Origin: Vulcanimicrobiota bacterium
GTDB lineage: Bacteria > Vulcanimicrobiota > Vulcanimicrobiia > Eremiobacterales > Eremiobacteraceae
Direction: 5' to 3'
NCBI GenBank assembly: GCA_963812135.1
Contig: CAWETU010000001.1
Location: 96,001 to 160,000 of the forward strand
Length of the DNA stretch: 64,000 nucleotides
The position numbers and the translations under genes are program-made. The notes beneath the pieces are model-generated. The model saw nothing but the letters and a program-made list of their open reading frames with translations. It was not told where the DNA came from and did no database searches. Below are positions 22,312 to 38,340 of this stretch, one piece after another. Position 1 is the first letter of the stretch, and every line of letters begins with the position of its first letter.

Positions 22312-23412
22312 CTAGGACACGCCAAGCTCGGCGGCGAGCTCTGCGCGCTCCGCGTCGAGATGGGGGGTGCGTTTTTCGTAGACATAGTCGAACACGCTGA
22401 GCGGCTCCGGCACTGCGCTTGCCTCGGCTTCGGCGAACGCGGCCGCGACTTCGGCTTTGACTTCTTCGAGCAGCTTCTGCTCCTTCGCGTCATCCCACAC
22501 TTTCTTCCCGATGAGGAAGGTGCGGAAGCGCGTGATCGGATCGCGTTGCGTGCGCCACATCTCGAGCTCGCCCTTGGGACGATAGCGTGTGTCGTCGTCG
22601 GCGCTCGAATGCGGGCCATAGCGGTAGGTGTACGCTTCGATCAGACTCGGACCGCCGCCGGCGCGCGCTTTGTCGGCGCACAGCTTGGTGACCGCGTAGA
22701 CTGCCAAGATGTCGTTGCCGTCGACGAAGTAGCCGTCCATGCCGTACGCACGCGCCTTTTCGGCGATCGTCTTGGTGTGCGTCTGCTCTTCGAGTCGCAC
22801 CGAGATCGCGTACTGGTTGTTCTGACAGAAGAACAGCACCGGCGAGCCGTAGACCGCGGCGAAGTTCAGACCGACGTGGAAATCGCCTTCGCTGGTGGCG
22901 CCGTCTCCGAAATACGTGATGGTGAGGTCCTTGGTCTTCCTATAGCGCTGCGCCATCGCAGTGCCGACCGCTTCGGTGATCTTGTTGCCGACCGTGGACG
23001 ACGGCGGCACGATGTGCAGCTCTTTGCTGCCGCTGCCGTGCGGCATCATGCGGCCTTGCGTGGGATCAAGCATGCGGCCCAGCACGTGTCCGAACCACTG
23101 CGACGCTTTGAGACCTTTGACGAGTTGGCTGCCCTGCGAGCGGTGGTCGCCATACATCCAGTCGGGCTTGTTCAACACGAGCGCGCTGCCGACTTGCGAT
23201 GCCTCCTGGCCCGCGACTTGCGCGTAGAAACCCGCGCGGCCTTGGCGGACGAGGATGTAGCCGCGATCGTCGACCGCACGCACGAAGACCATCCACCGAT
23301 ACATGACGAGCAACTGCTCGGTGGTGAGGTCGAGCGAAGCGACGTCGCCGGCTTGCTTGCCGTCGTATTCGAGGAACTTGATCGGTTTGTCGGTGAAAGG
23401 CTTGATTTCCAT
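22312..23412 (-). CDS. 2-oxoacid dehydrogenase E1 alpha (probably branched-chain type)
   Basis: GDGATSEGDF...NNQYAIS ThDP motif and YRYGPHSSADD. Confidence 0.93.
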   Translation of the reverse strand: MEIKPFTDKPIKFLEYDGKQAGDVASLDLTTEQLLVMYRWMVFVRAVDDRGYILVRQGRAGFYAQVAGQEASQVGSALVLNKPDWMYGDHRSQGSQLVKGLKASQWFGHVLGRMLDPTQGRMMPHGSGSKELHIVPPSSTVGNKITEAVGTAMAQRYRKTKDLTITYFGDGATSEGDFHVGLNFAAVYGSPVLFFCQNNQYAISVRLEEQTHTKTIAEKARAYGMDGYFVDGNDILAVYAVTKLCADKARAGGGPSLIEAYTYRYGPHSSADDDTRYRPKGELEMWRTQRDPITRFRTFLIGKKVWDDAKEQKLLEEVKAEVAAAFAEAEASAVPEPLSVFDYVYEKRTPHLDAERAELAAELGVS

Positions 23413-23576
23413 GCGAGAAGGGCTGTCCTCCGAAACGCTATTATGTCGAGTTCCGCCTTCTTTGGATATCGGCGATTCCCTCCGCCAGTCGGAAGTTCTC
23501 GACGGAGAGGTTGGGCTCAAGAACGCGGCATATCCCTCTGTTGAATTATCGTTTTCGCTGAGCGGGAGAGCTTCGC

Positions 23577-24050
23577 ATGATGAGCGTCGTTTGTGTGCTC
23601 CAACTGCTGCTGTTGTTGGCCACGAACCCGACCACGCAGCAGTTTCATCCGACATCGAGCGCCCGTTACGTCATCGCGACCAACGGCGCCGCGATGGGTG
23701 GGTTCTCCGAGGTGAGCGGGTTGACCACCGACACGGATGTGGCGGAGTATCGTGAGGGGTCCGACACGCAAACCCACACGAAATCTCTGACCGGATTGCA
23801 CAAGTACACAAGCATCACGTTGAAGCGCGGCACGGTCAGCAACTCCGGATTCTACGATTGGTATAAGAACAAGGGGCTGATGGATGTCTCCCTCAAGGCG
23901 GTCGCGCCCAGCGGCCAGCCGCTCACCTATCACTTGCGCGGCTGCAAGCCGACGAAGTACACCGGGCCGCCACTAACCGGCAGCGGTTCGGGCGACGTCG
24001 CGATCGAAGAACTCGTCTTGAGCTGCGAGTCCATCACGCTCGTCAAGTAA
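23577..24050 (+). CDS. Phage tail-tube gp19-like (eCIS tube family) protein with N-terminal hydrophobic leader
   Basis: GFSEVSGL, EYREG, GL.KY..ITLKRG, FYDWY, P.KYTGP.L and VAIEELVL..E motifs. GGGAG Shine-Dalgarno. Confidence 0.85.
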   Translation: MMSVVCVLQLLLLLATNPTTQQFHPTSSARYVIATNGAAMGGFSEVSGLTTDTDVAEYREGSDTQTHTKSLTGLHKYTSITLKRGTVSNSGFYDWYKNKGLMDVSLKAVAPSGQPLTYHLRGCKPTKYTGPPLTGSGSGDVAIEELVLSCESITLVK

Positions 24051-24065
24051 CCAGGAGGAATCGTC

Positions 24066-24719
24066 ATCAAACTCGCGCCGTTCAGTTTCAATAAGATCTC
24101 GCTCGGCCTGTATCGCAACACGATCAGCGCCCCGCTCGTGCCGGCTCTGCAAGGCGATCTGTTGCGGGAACTGCATCGCTCCTATCCGTCGCTCACCCAG
24201 ATCCCGAACGGCGTTTTGTTCTCCGATCCCGCGCAAGGACGGGCGCTGATCGTCGATCAGACCCACGTCGAGGCGTCCGAGAACAGTCCCCACGTCGCGC
24301 CGGCTGCGCTCGAACGGTTGCAGAGCGACGTCCGCGTCGCGGCGCAAACGGTTGACTTCGCCCCGCCGTATCGCGTGCGTGTCGAGGGGACGGGCACGAT
24401 CCAAGCGCTCGAGGGCGTGAATCCGGCACAAGTGCTACTCGCGCACGCACCGCCAGAGCCGCATTGGGATGAGATCGGCGGCCGCTGCACCCATGCGGCC
24501 GTACGATATTTGTTCACCGATGAGTCAGGCGTGCAGCGTGACGTCCACATCGAACCGCTCTTCGCGCAGGCCGACAAGTTCTACGTGATGGCCGTCTCGA
24601 TGAACGGCCAGCAAGGCGTGCCCACGCTCGATGCGGCGATGGCGCAAGCGCACGACGAGATCGACATCATCGAGCGGTTGAGCAACCGCATCGTGTCTGA
24701 TCTGGTCGGCGAGGACTAG
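24066..24719 (+). CDS. Hypothetical protein (possible ATC start; first canonical start is GTG 24138)
   Basis: Open frame with typical GC3 bias. AGGAGG lies 7 nt before ATC 24066. Confidence 0.65.
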   Translation: MKLAPFSFNKISLGLYRNTISAPLVPALQGDLLRELHRSYPSLTQIPNGVLFSDPAQGRALIVDQTHVEASENSPHVAPAALERLQSDVRVAAQTVDFAPPYRVRVEGTGTIQALEGVNPAQVLLAHAPPEPHWDEIGGRCTHAAVRYLFTDESGVQRDVHIEPLFAQADKFYVMAVSMNGQQGVPTLDAAMAQAHDEIDIIERLSNRIVSDLVGED

Positions 24720-24729
24720 AAGCCCGGGA

Positions 24730-26214
24730 TCAGACTTTGAACAGCTCTATGGGTTTCGTGCCGGTGTACATGACGACGCCCTTCGTCTCGGTGTAGAGGT
24801 CGAGCGTCTGCATCGCCAGCTCGCGGCCGAAGCCGGACTGCTTGTAGCCGCCGAACGGCACGCCCGGGATGATGGAGATCGGCGAGTTGATCGCGACGCC
24901 GCCCGACTTGAGGCCGCTCGCGACGCGCTGCGCGCGCCCCGCATCGCGGGTCCACACCGACGCGGCTAATCCGTAGACCGAGTCGTTCGCCATCGCCAGC
25001 GCTTGGGCTTCGTCTTTGAATGTCGTGACGACGGCGACCGGACCGAAGATCTCTTCTTGCGCGACGCGCATCGAGTTCGTCACCTTGTCGAGCACGGTCG
25101 GCATCAGGAAATTGCCGGCTGCAAGCGCGCCGTCGGGGCGCGTGCCGCCGCATGCGACGGTCGCGCCTTCTTGCGCGCCGATGCCGACATAGCCCTCGAT
25201 CTTCTCGAGCTGCTTCCTTGAGATGATAGCGCCGACGTGTGTCGACGGGTCGAGTGGATCGCCGACCTTGAGCGCTTTGGCCTTGGCCACGAACTTGGCG
25301 ATGAAATCGTCATACACGCGCTCGTGCAAGAGGATGCGCGAACGGGCGTCGCACGATTGGCCCGCATTATAGAAGATAGCATGCAGCGCGCCTGCGACCG
25401 CTGCGTCGACGTCGGCGTCCTCGAACACCAGGTTCGGCGATTTGCCGCCGAGCTCGAGCGTCAAGCGCTTGATCGTGCCCGCCGCCAGCTCCATGATGGT
25501 GCGTCCGGTCGACGTCTCGCCGGTGAAGGCGACCTTGTCGACACCCGGGTGCGCGGCGAGGTGTGCGCCGATCGTGGCGCCGGGGCCCGGCAACACGTTG
25601 ACGACGCCCGGAGGACAACCCGCTTCTAAACAGATCTGGCCGAGTAGAATCGCGGTGATCGGCGTGGGGCTGGCGGGTTTGAGCACGATCGTGCAGCCCG
25701 CCGCCAGCGCCGGCGCCACTTTCCATGCCGCCATCAGCAGCGGGTAGTTCCACGGCACGATCTGCGCGCAGACGCCGACCGGCTCTTTGAGCGTATAATT
25801 GAAGAAATTGGGCGGCGATGCGAGCGTGTTGCCGCCGATCTTGGTGACCGCGCCGCCGTAGAACTCAAAATCCTCGATGACTTGGCCGATCTCGGCCTTT
25901 GCGCCCGAGATCGTCTTGCCGCTGTTGAGCACTTCGATCCGCGCCAGCTCGTCGAGCCGCTCGCCGATGAGCGCGGCGATCTTGAAGAGCACGCGCGCGC
26001 GCCGCGCGGGCGCCATCGTGCTCCATTTGCCTTCAAGCGCCTTGCGGGCCGCGGCCACCGCAGCGTCCGCGTCGTGGATGCCGGCCGAGGCGACGTCAGC
26101 GAGCTTCTCGTTCGTCGCGGGATTGATCGCGGCGAACGTCGCGCCGCTTTGCGCCTTGACCGATTCGCCGTTGATGAGCAGGTCGTACGTCTTTTGTTCG
26201 ACGACTGTGGCCAC
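24730..26214 (-). CDS. Aldehyde dehydrogenase
   Basis: PWNYP, FTGET, LELGGKSP, GQSC and EEIFGPV motifs. Confidence 0.95.
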   Translation of the reverse strand: MATVVEQKTYDLLINGESVKAQSGATFAAINPATNEKLADVASAGIHDADAAVAAARKALEGKWSTMAPARRARVLFKIAALIGERLDELARIEVLNSGKTISGAKAEIGQVIEDFEFYGGAVTKIGGNTLASPPNFFNYTLKEPVGVCAQIVPWNYPLLMAAWKVAPALAAGCTIVLKPASPTPITAILLGQICLEAGCPPGVVNVLPGPGATIGAHLAAHPGVDKVAFTGETSTGRTIMELAAGTIKRLTLELGGKSPNLVFEDADVDAAVAGALHAIFYNAGQSCDARSRILLHERVYDDFIAKFVAKAKALKVGDPLDPSTHVGAIISRKQLEKIEGYVGIGAQEGATVACGGTRPDGALAAGNFLMPTVLDKVTNSMRVAQEEIFGPVAVVTTFKDEAQALAMANDSVYGLAASVWTRDAGRAQRVASGLKSGGVAINSPISIIPGVPFGGYKQSGFGRELAMQTLDLYTETKGVVMYTGTKPIELFKV

Positions 26215-26226
26215 TTCGGAGTTCTC

Positions 26227-27441
<1,215 letters not shown>

Positions 27442-27496
27442 GTCGATGGTACGTTTTTCCTTAGGAGAGTGCAGTGGGCTTGGGGAACGATGCTTC

Positions 27497-28024
27497 GTGA
27501 ACAACGTCGTACAAACCCGCCGCATCTATGAAGGCCACGTGCTCAACGTGCGCGTCGATGACGTCGTACTGCCCAACGGACACACGTCGAAGTTCGAGAT
27601 CGTCGAACACAACGGCGGCGTCTGCATCATCGCGCAGCCCACGCCGGCCTCGATCGTGCTGGTCCGTCAATACCGGCCGGCGACCGGCCGCGTCCTCTTG
27701 GAGGTTCCCGCCGGGAAACTGGAGCGCGGCGAAGATCCCGAGGCGTGCGCGCGGCGCGAGCTTGTCGAAGAAACGGGTTACCGCTGCGAACGGCTGCGGC
27801 GGCTCTGGTCGTTCTACACGGCGCCGGGCTTTTGCAGCGAGCTCTTGCACCTCTTCGTCGCCGAGGGCTTGAGCCCGGGCGTCGCCCAGCCCGAGGAGAA
27901 CGAATCGATCGAAGTCGTCGTCATGCCGGTCGCCGACGCGTGGGCGATGGTTGAGCGCGATGAGCTCCCCGACGCGAAAACCCAGATCGCGCTCGCCGTT
28001 TTGCGAACTCAGCTGCGCGGATAG
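27497..28024 (+). CDS. NUDIX hydrolase (ADP-ribose pyrophosphatase-like)
   Basis: Nudix box GKLERGEDPEACARRELVEETG, plus RQYR, TAPGF and DAKT. Confidence 0.92.
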   Translation: MNNVVQTRRIYEGHVLNVRVDDVVLPNGHTSKFEIVEHNGGVCIIAQPTPASIVLVRQYRPATGRVLLEVPAGKLERGEDPEACARRELVEETGYRCERLRRLWSFYTAPGFCSELLHLFVAEGLSPGVAQPEENESIEVVVMPVADAWAMVERDELPDAKTQIALAVLRTQLRG

Positions 28025-28179
28025 CGGCGATACCACTGGTAGAGTATCCACACGACGGCGATCAGGATGAACCCGATCGTCCACGCATCCCACGAGAACC
28101 CGAGCATGCTCTGAAGCGCGAACAAGCCCCCGACGGCGAGGACGACGCATAGCAACCAGAGCCAGCGAAGTTCTTTCAC
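28009..28179 (-). CDS. 56-aa two-TM membrane protein (not in the ORF track)
   Basis: MKELRWLWLLCVVLAVGGLFALQSMLGFSWDAWTIGFILIAVVWILYQWYRRYPRS*. Confidence 0.6.
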   Translation of the reverse strand: MKELRWLWLLCVVLAVGGLFALQSMLGFSWDAWTIGFILIAVVWILYQWYRRYPRS

Positions 28180-28180
28180 A

Positions 28181-28202
28181 GTCGAATAAATTCGACCGCT
28201 AC
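28181..28202 (-). repeat. REP-like palindrome GTAGCGGTCGAATTTATTCGAC
   Basis: Identical to 43740..43761; 21 nt also occur at 3482..3502. Confidence 0.8.
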
Positions 28203-28207
28203 AACGG

Positions 28208-28738
28208 TCAACGATTCGCGCGAAGGCGCTTGTCGCAGGTGTCGCAGAAATAGTTCTGCTTGCCGTCGGTGTCGTAAACCGAGTGGCTGTAGTACATCGC
28301 GCAGCGCGCGTTGTAGCAGTGCTTCAGTCCGAACGCGTGGCCGAGCGCGTGCACGCACTCTTTGAGCACTCGATTGAAGAGCACGACGTCGTCCGGTTTG
28401 TCGTTGTAGAACTCCGGACGTAGGCGGAACGTCGAGACGACCGCGATGCGCTCGGTGTCGCTCGCGTCGCCGAAGATAAAACTATGCGACGTCTTGTACA
28501 GATCGTCGCCGATGATGCCGAGCAGAAAACCGTCGCGGTTCGGCGCCGCGGCGGTCATCTTATTGAAGACCGTGGTGAGGAAGTACTGATGGCGCGTCGC
28601 GTTTGCGAGCGAAGGGGAGAGGGTGAGCGGCTTTTCGAGTGCGAACTTGTGAAGGAAACGCTCCTCGAGGCAAGGGGCGAGGCGTTCGCACATGTCGGCA
28701 GCGATGGTGTTCATGGGCACGAGCCCAATCTTTTCCAC
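28208..28738 (-). CDS. Archaemetzincin-like Zn protein (HALGH variant)
   Basis: DLY..SFIFG, AVVST.RL, KECVHALGHAFGLKHC...CAM..S...D.K...FC..C. Confidence 0.85.
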   Translation of the reverse strand: MEKIGLVPMNTIAADMCERLAPCLEERFLHKFALEKPLTLSPSLANATRHQYFLTTVFNKMTAAAPNRDGFLLGIIGDDLYKTSHSFIFGDASDTERIAVVSTFRLRPEFYNDKPDDVVLFNRVLKECVHALGHAFGLKHCYNARCAMYYSHSVYDTDGKQNYFCDTCDKRLRANR

Positions 28739-28803
28739 GGCTTCTCACCTTCCACTGCCCGCCGCTAAGTCCTTCGCCTGAGCATGCCTGGAGCCACAAC
28801 GAC

Positions 28804-29216
28804 ATGATCATCGGATTAGGAACGGACGTCGCCGAAGTCGAGCGCTTCAATTTCGCTCCCGACAAGCTCGCGCGCTTCGCCAAGAAGGTGTTCACGCCTG
28901 AAGAGATAGCCCACGCGATGCGCTATCGCCATTTCGCCGAGCGCCTTGCCGGCGCGTTCGCGGCCAAAGAGGCCACGCGCAAAGCGTTCGGCCACGCCAT
29001 CCCTTGGCGCCTCGTCGGCGTGCGCCACGAACGCAGCGGCAAACCGTATGTCGCGCTCACTGGGCGCGCGGAGCGGCTCACCTCGCTGCGCGGCGTCAGC
29101 CGGATGCACTTGACGATCTCGCATAGCCGCGTGAACGCCGTCGCGACCGTGATCCTCGAAGCCGACGAAGCACTGGAAGCCTCCCGACCCATGGCGGTTG
29201 AAGCCGCCGTGGCCCG

Positions 29217-29220
<4 letters not shown>
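28804..29220 (+). CDS. acpS: Holo-ACP synthase
   Basis: MIIGLGTD, FAAKEA..KA, GKP and TISH motifs. Confidence 0.95.
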
Positions 29221-32809
<3,589 letters not shown>

Positions 32810-32816
32810 AGCGCGG

Positions 32817-33533
32817 TTACTGGTTGTCGTGGAGGTTCACGTGGCCGATGTTGTTCGCCCAGTACCACGTGCGCTCGAGCGCGTAACCGATGTAACTGAT
32901 GACGAGCCACTCGAATGCGCGGCCTTGCGGGAAGAGCGCGACGATGGCCAGGATCAGGCAGACATAGAACGTCACACCGAGAGAGCCCCAGAAGCGCGTC
33001 GATGTGGACGCTCTGGCTTGTGCGCGCATCGGCGCAGGCTCGAAATACGCGCGGCGTGCTGCGGGCGCGGCCGATACCGGCCGGTAATCAGCGGCGTTGG
33101 CAGCCGCTTGCGGCGTTCGCACGTACCCGCCCCGCGGGTTGGCGCCAAGCGTTTCGACAGCGGGGCCGCGTGACGCGACCGGGGCGAGCTCTTCGGCCGG
33201 GCCGCCGAGCATCTTGGCGATCTTGCGCCTGCCGTCGTCGTTGAGATCCACGAAGTCGGCGATCGTCCGATAGCCGCCGTGCTCGCCGATGGCCGTCTGC
33301 GATTTGACCTTGATCAGGCCGCGCGCCGACGAGTTGATGCTGCGCATATCGATGGTGGTGAACAGCACGGTGCCTTCGGGCACTTCCACCGGGAACGTGA
33401 CGACGAGACCCTTCTCATCGAGATGGGTCGCCTTGCCGGTGACATCGATCTTAAGATCGGCGTTGCGCGCGGTGACTGACACCGGTAGCGATAACGCTAC
33501 AGGAAGCTCGCCGGTGTCAAGTGCCTCAGCCAT
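32817..33533 (-). CDS. Hypothetical membrane protein with degenerate PilZ-like N-terminal domain
   Basis: Beta-rich N-terminus ending F.DL.DD.RRKI, a low-complexity linker and a C-terminal TM segment. Confidence 0.55.
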   Translation of the reverse strand: MAEALDTGELPVALSLPVSVTARNADLKIDVTGKATHLDEKGLVVTFPVEVPEGTVLFTTIDMRSINSSARGLIKVKSQTAIGEHGGYRTIADFVDLNDDGRRKIAKMLGGPAEELAPVASRGPAVETLGANPRGGYVRTPQAAANAADYRPVSAAPAARRAYFEPAPMRAQARASTSTRFWGSLGVTFYVCLILAIVALFPQGRAFEWLVISYIGYALERTWYWANNIGHVNLHDNQ

Positions 33534-33556
33534 GCGAGTTCATACCTCTCGATACT

Positions 33557-33571
33557 GTATCGGCAGGTGTC

Positions 33572-33584
<13 letters not shown>
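33557..33584 (-). promoter_or_regulatory. Putative sigma28 (FliA/SigD-type) promoter
   Basis: TAAG-N16-GCCGATAC upstream of 32817..33533. Confidence 0.4.
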
Positions 33585-36589
<3,005 letters not shown>

Positions 36590-36638
36590 GGAGATGGGTC
36601 TCTTTCGGCGCGGCCGACGGTGAATCCCGTGAAATGCG

Positions 36639-36664
36639 CGGAGCCCGCACGCCGGCGGGCTCCG
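36639..36664. terminator. 10-bp GC hairpin between the secreted gene pair and uvrA
   Basis: CGGAGCCCGC-acgccg-GCGGGCTCCG. Confidence 0.5.
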
Positions 36665-36682
36665 TTCGCATCACCCCTGCGC

Positions 36683-37114
36683 TTACTTGCAGGTGTTCGC
36701 GTTCGTCGTGCTCTTGTCGATGCGCGTCGCTACGATCTTCCCTTCAGCCTTTCGGCCGTTGTAACCCCATTCGCCGTCGAAGTTGCGGCCTGCCGGAGTG
36801 AAGACGAGCGTCGCCCAGCCGGCGCCGCGTTGATCCTTCCATGTCGCAGTGGCCACGGTCCCGCTCAACGTCGCGCTGAGCTGCCCGCCGTGCCCGTAGT
36901 GGCCGACGATCGTGTCGTTCTGCTGCGTCAAGTGGATCAGGCCTTGCGTGAATGTGTTGCCGGTGGCTTGGACGCAGTACACGCCCGTGGCGTTGAACCC
37001 AGCAGCCGCAGTGCCTCCACTGTTGGCAGCGCGGGCTGAGCCGCCCGCGCCAAGGCACGCTGCCGCGAACAAGAGCCCCGCGAGCATTCCGAAGAAGAAC
37101 TGTCTCCGCGTCAT
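36683..37114 (-). CDS. Small secreted beta-rich protein
   Basis: Signal peptide (TRRQFF, ARA). Paralog of 37131..37526. Confidence 0.7.
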   Translation of the reverse strand: MTRRQFFFGMLAGLLFAAACLGAGGSARAANSGGTAAAGFNATGVYCVQATGNTFTQGLIHLTQQNDTIVGHYGHGGQLSATLSGTVATATWKDQRGAGWATLVFTPAGRNFDGEWGYNGRKAEGKIVATRIDKSTTNANTCK

Positions 37115-37130
37115 TTTTTCTGGTCCCCCT

Positions 37131-37526
37131 CTAACTAGCTTTGGTGCCGACGATGCTGCCGTTGGATTTGTGGCCGTTGTAGCCCCACGTCCCAGAGAAA
37201 CCCTTAGCGTTGGGCGTGACATGGAGCGTGATCCAGCCCGCGCCGCTTGGGCTCTTCCAATTGCCGTTGATCTGACCGCCACTGACCATCGTGCCGGAGA
37301 TCTGTCCTTGCTTGTTGGCGCCGTAGTACCCGACGATCGTGTTGCCGCGCTGCGTCAAGTACAGTTTGCCGGCTTTGAATTCGTTGCCGGTCGTTTGGAC
37401 GTTCCACGTGCCGCTGATGTTGACCGTCGAGCTCATCATCGAGCTGTCGGCGCAGACCGGCTGTGCGTTGAATGCAAGCTCCGCGAACAGCGCAAGGGCA
37501 CCGCACAACAAAAGATTGCGTGTCAT
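37131..37526 (-). CDS. Small secreted beta-rich protein
   Basis: Signal peptide. Shares LTQ...TIVG.YG..GQ.S.T and GW.TL..TP....F.G.WGYNG.K..G.IV with its neighbour. Confidence 0.7.
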   Translation of the reverse strand: MTRNLLLCGALALFAELAFNAQPVCADSSMMSSTVNISGTWNVQTTGNEFKAGKLYLTQRGNTIVGYYGANKQGQISGTMVSGGQINGNWKSPSGAGWITLHVTPNAKGFSGTWGYNGHKSNGSIVGTKAS

Positions 37527-37629
37527 TCGATCATCCTCTATTCAAAGGCAAATAGCGAAGAATGGATCACACCTTGGCGCGGCTGTTAGACCATCAAATG
37601 CGGCGTTCCCGCCGGCTCGCGAGCGCCCG

Positions 37630-38340
37630 CTACGAGAGCCGGTCGAGCGCCTGGGGCAGATCGCCGATCGTGACGATGGTCGCATCGGCGGGCCGCACGT
37701 TCGCCGGCGCGGTCTCGCCGCGGACGTTGACCCAGACCGCGCGCATGCCGGCCGCGTGCGCGCCGGCGACGTCGCGATTGAAGCGGTCGCCGACCATGAC
37801 GCTCTCTTCCGGTGTCACTTCAGCCAAGCGCATCGCGTGCTCGAATATCTTCGGGTCGGGCTTGACGAGTTGCATCTCGCCGGCGAGGATCACGTGATCG
37901 AAGAAGCGGCCAAGCTCGAGCCGAGCGATCTTCACGTCGTGCGTCTCTGCGAACCCGTTGGTGATGATCGACATCTTGTAGCGCCCCTGCAACCGGTGGA
38001 GCACCTGCACCGCTTCGGGAAACAGCTCGACCCGCTCGATGCGCAGCTGATCGTAACGCCGGGCGATGCGCGACGCCAGGTCCGGGTCGTCGACGCCGAA
38101 ACGGCGCAGCGCCGCGCGCCACATCGACGGCCGGATGTCACCGGGTTTGGGCGGCGGGGCGCCGGGCTCGAGGCTTTCCCAGAAATCGATCGCTGAATCG
38201 ACGTACGCGACCGCGAGGGCGTTCGCGTCGATGTTGAGATCGGGAGAGACTTCGCGCACCGCTGCTTCGGCGCAGCGCTCGAGCGAAAAAGTGTCCTCGA
38301 CCAGCGTGTCGTCGAGATCGAAAAAGATCGCGCGGATCAG
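37630..38340 (-). CDS. HAD-superfamily hydrolase (YjjG/YfnB-like)
   Basis: IFFDLDDTL motif upstream of the track start, plus ITNG, KPDP.IF and MVGD...DV.GA. The likely CTG start overlaps the uvrB stop. Confidence 0.9.
   Translation of the reverse strand: MIRAIFFDLDDTLVEDTFSLERCAEAAVREVSPDLNIDANALAVAYVDSAIDFWESLEPGAPPPKPGDIRPSMWRAALRRFGVDDPDLASRIARRYDQLRIERVELFPEAVQVLHRLQGRYKMSIITNGFAETHDVKIARLELGRFFDHVILAGEMQLVKPDPKIFEHAMRLAEVTPEESVMVGDRFNRDVAGAHAAGMRAVWVNVRGETAPANVRPADATIVTIGDLPQALDRLS

Noticed and set aside
23413..23655. N-terminal extension of E1 alpha, and similar extensions on uvrB, thiolase, birA and NUDIX
   Set aside because: They overlap divergent genes or promoters and lack family similarity; downstream starts fit better.
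23577..24719. Prophage or complete eCIS locus
   Set aside because: Only a single tube-like gene is present, flanked by metabolic genes.
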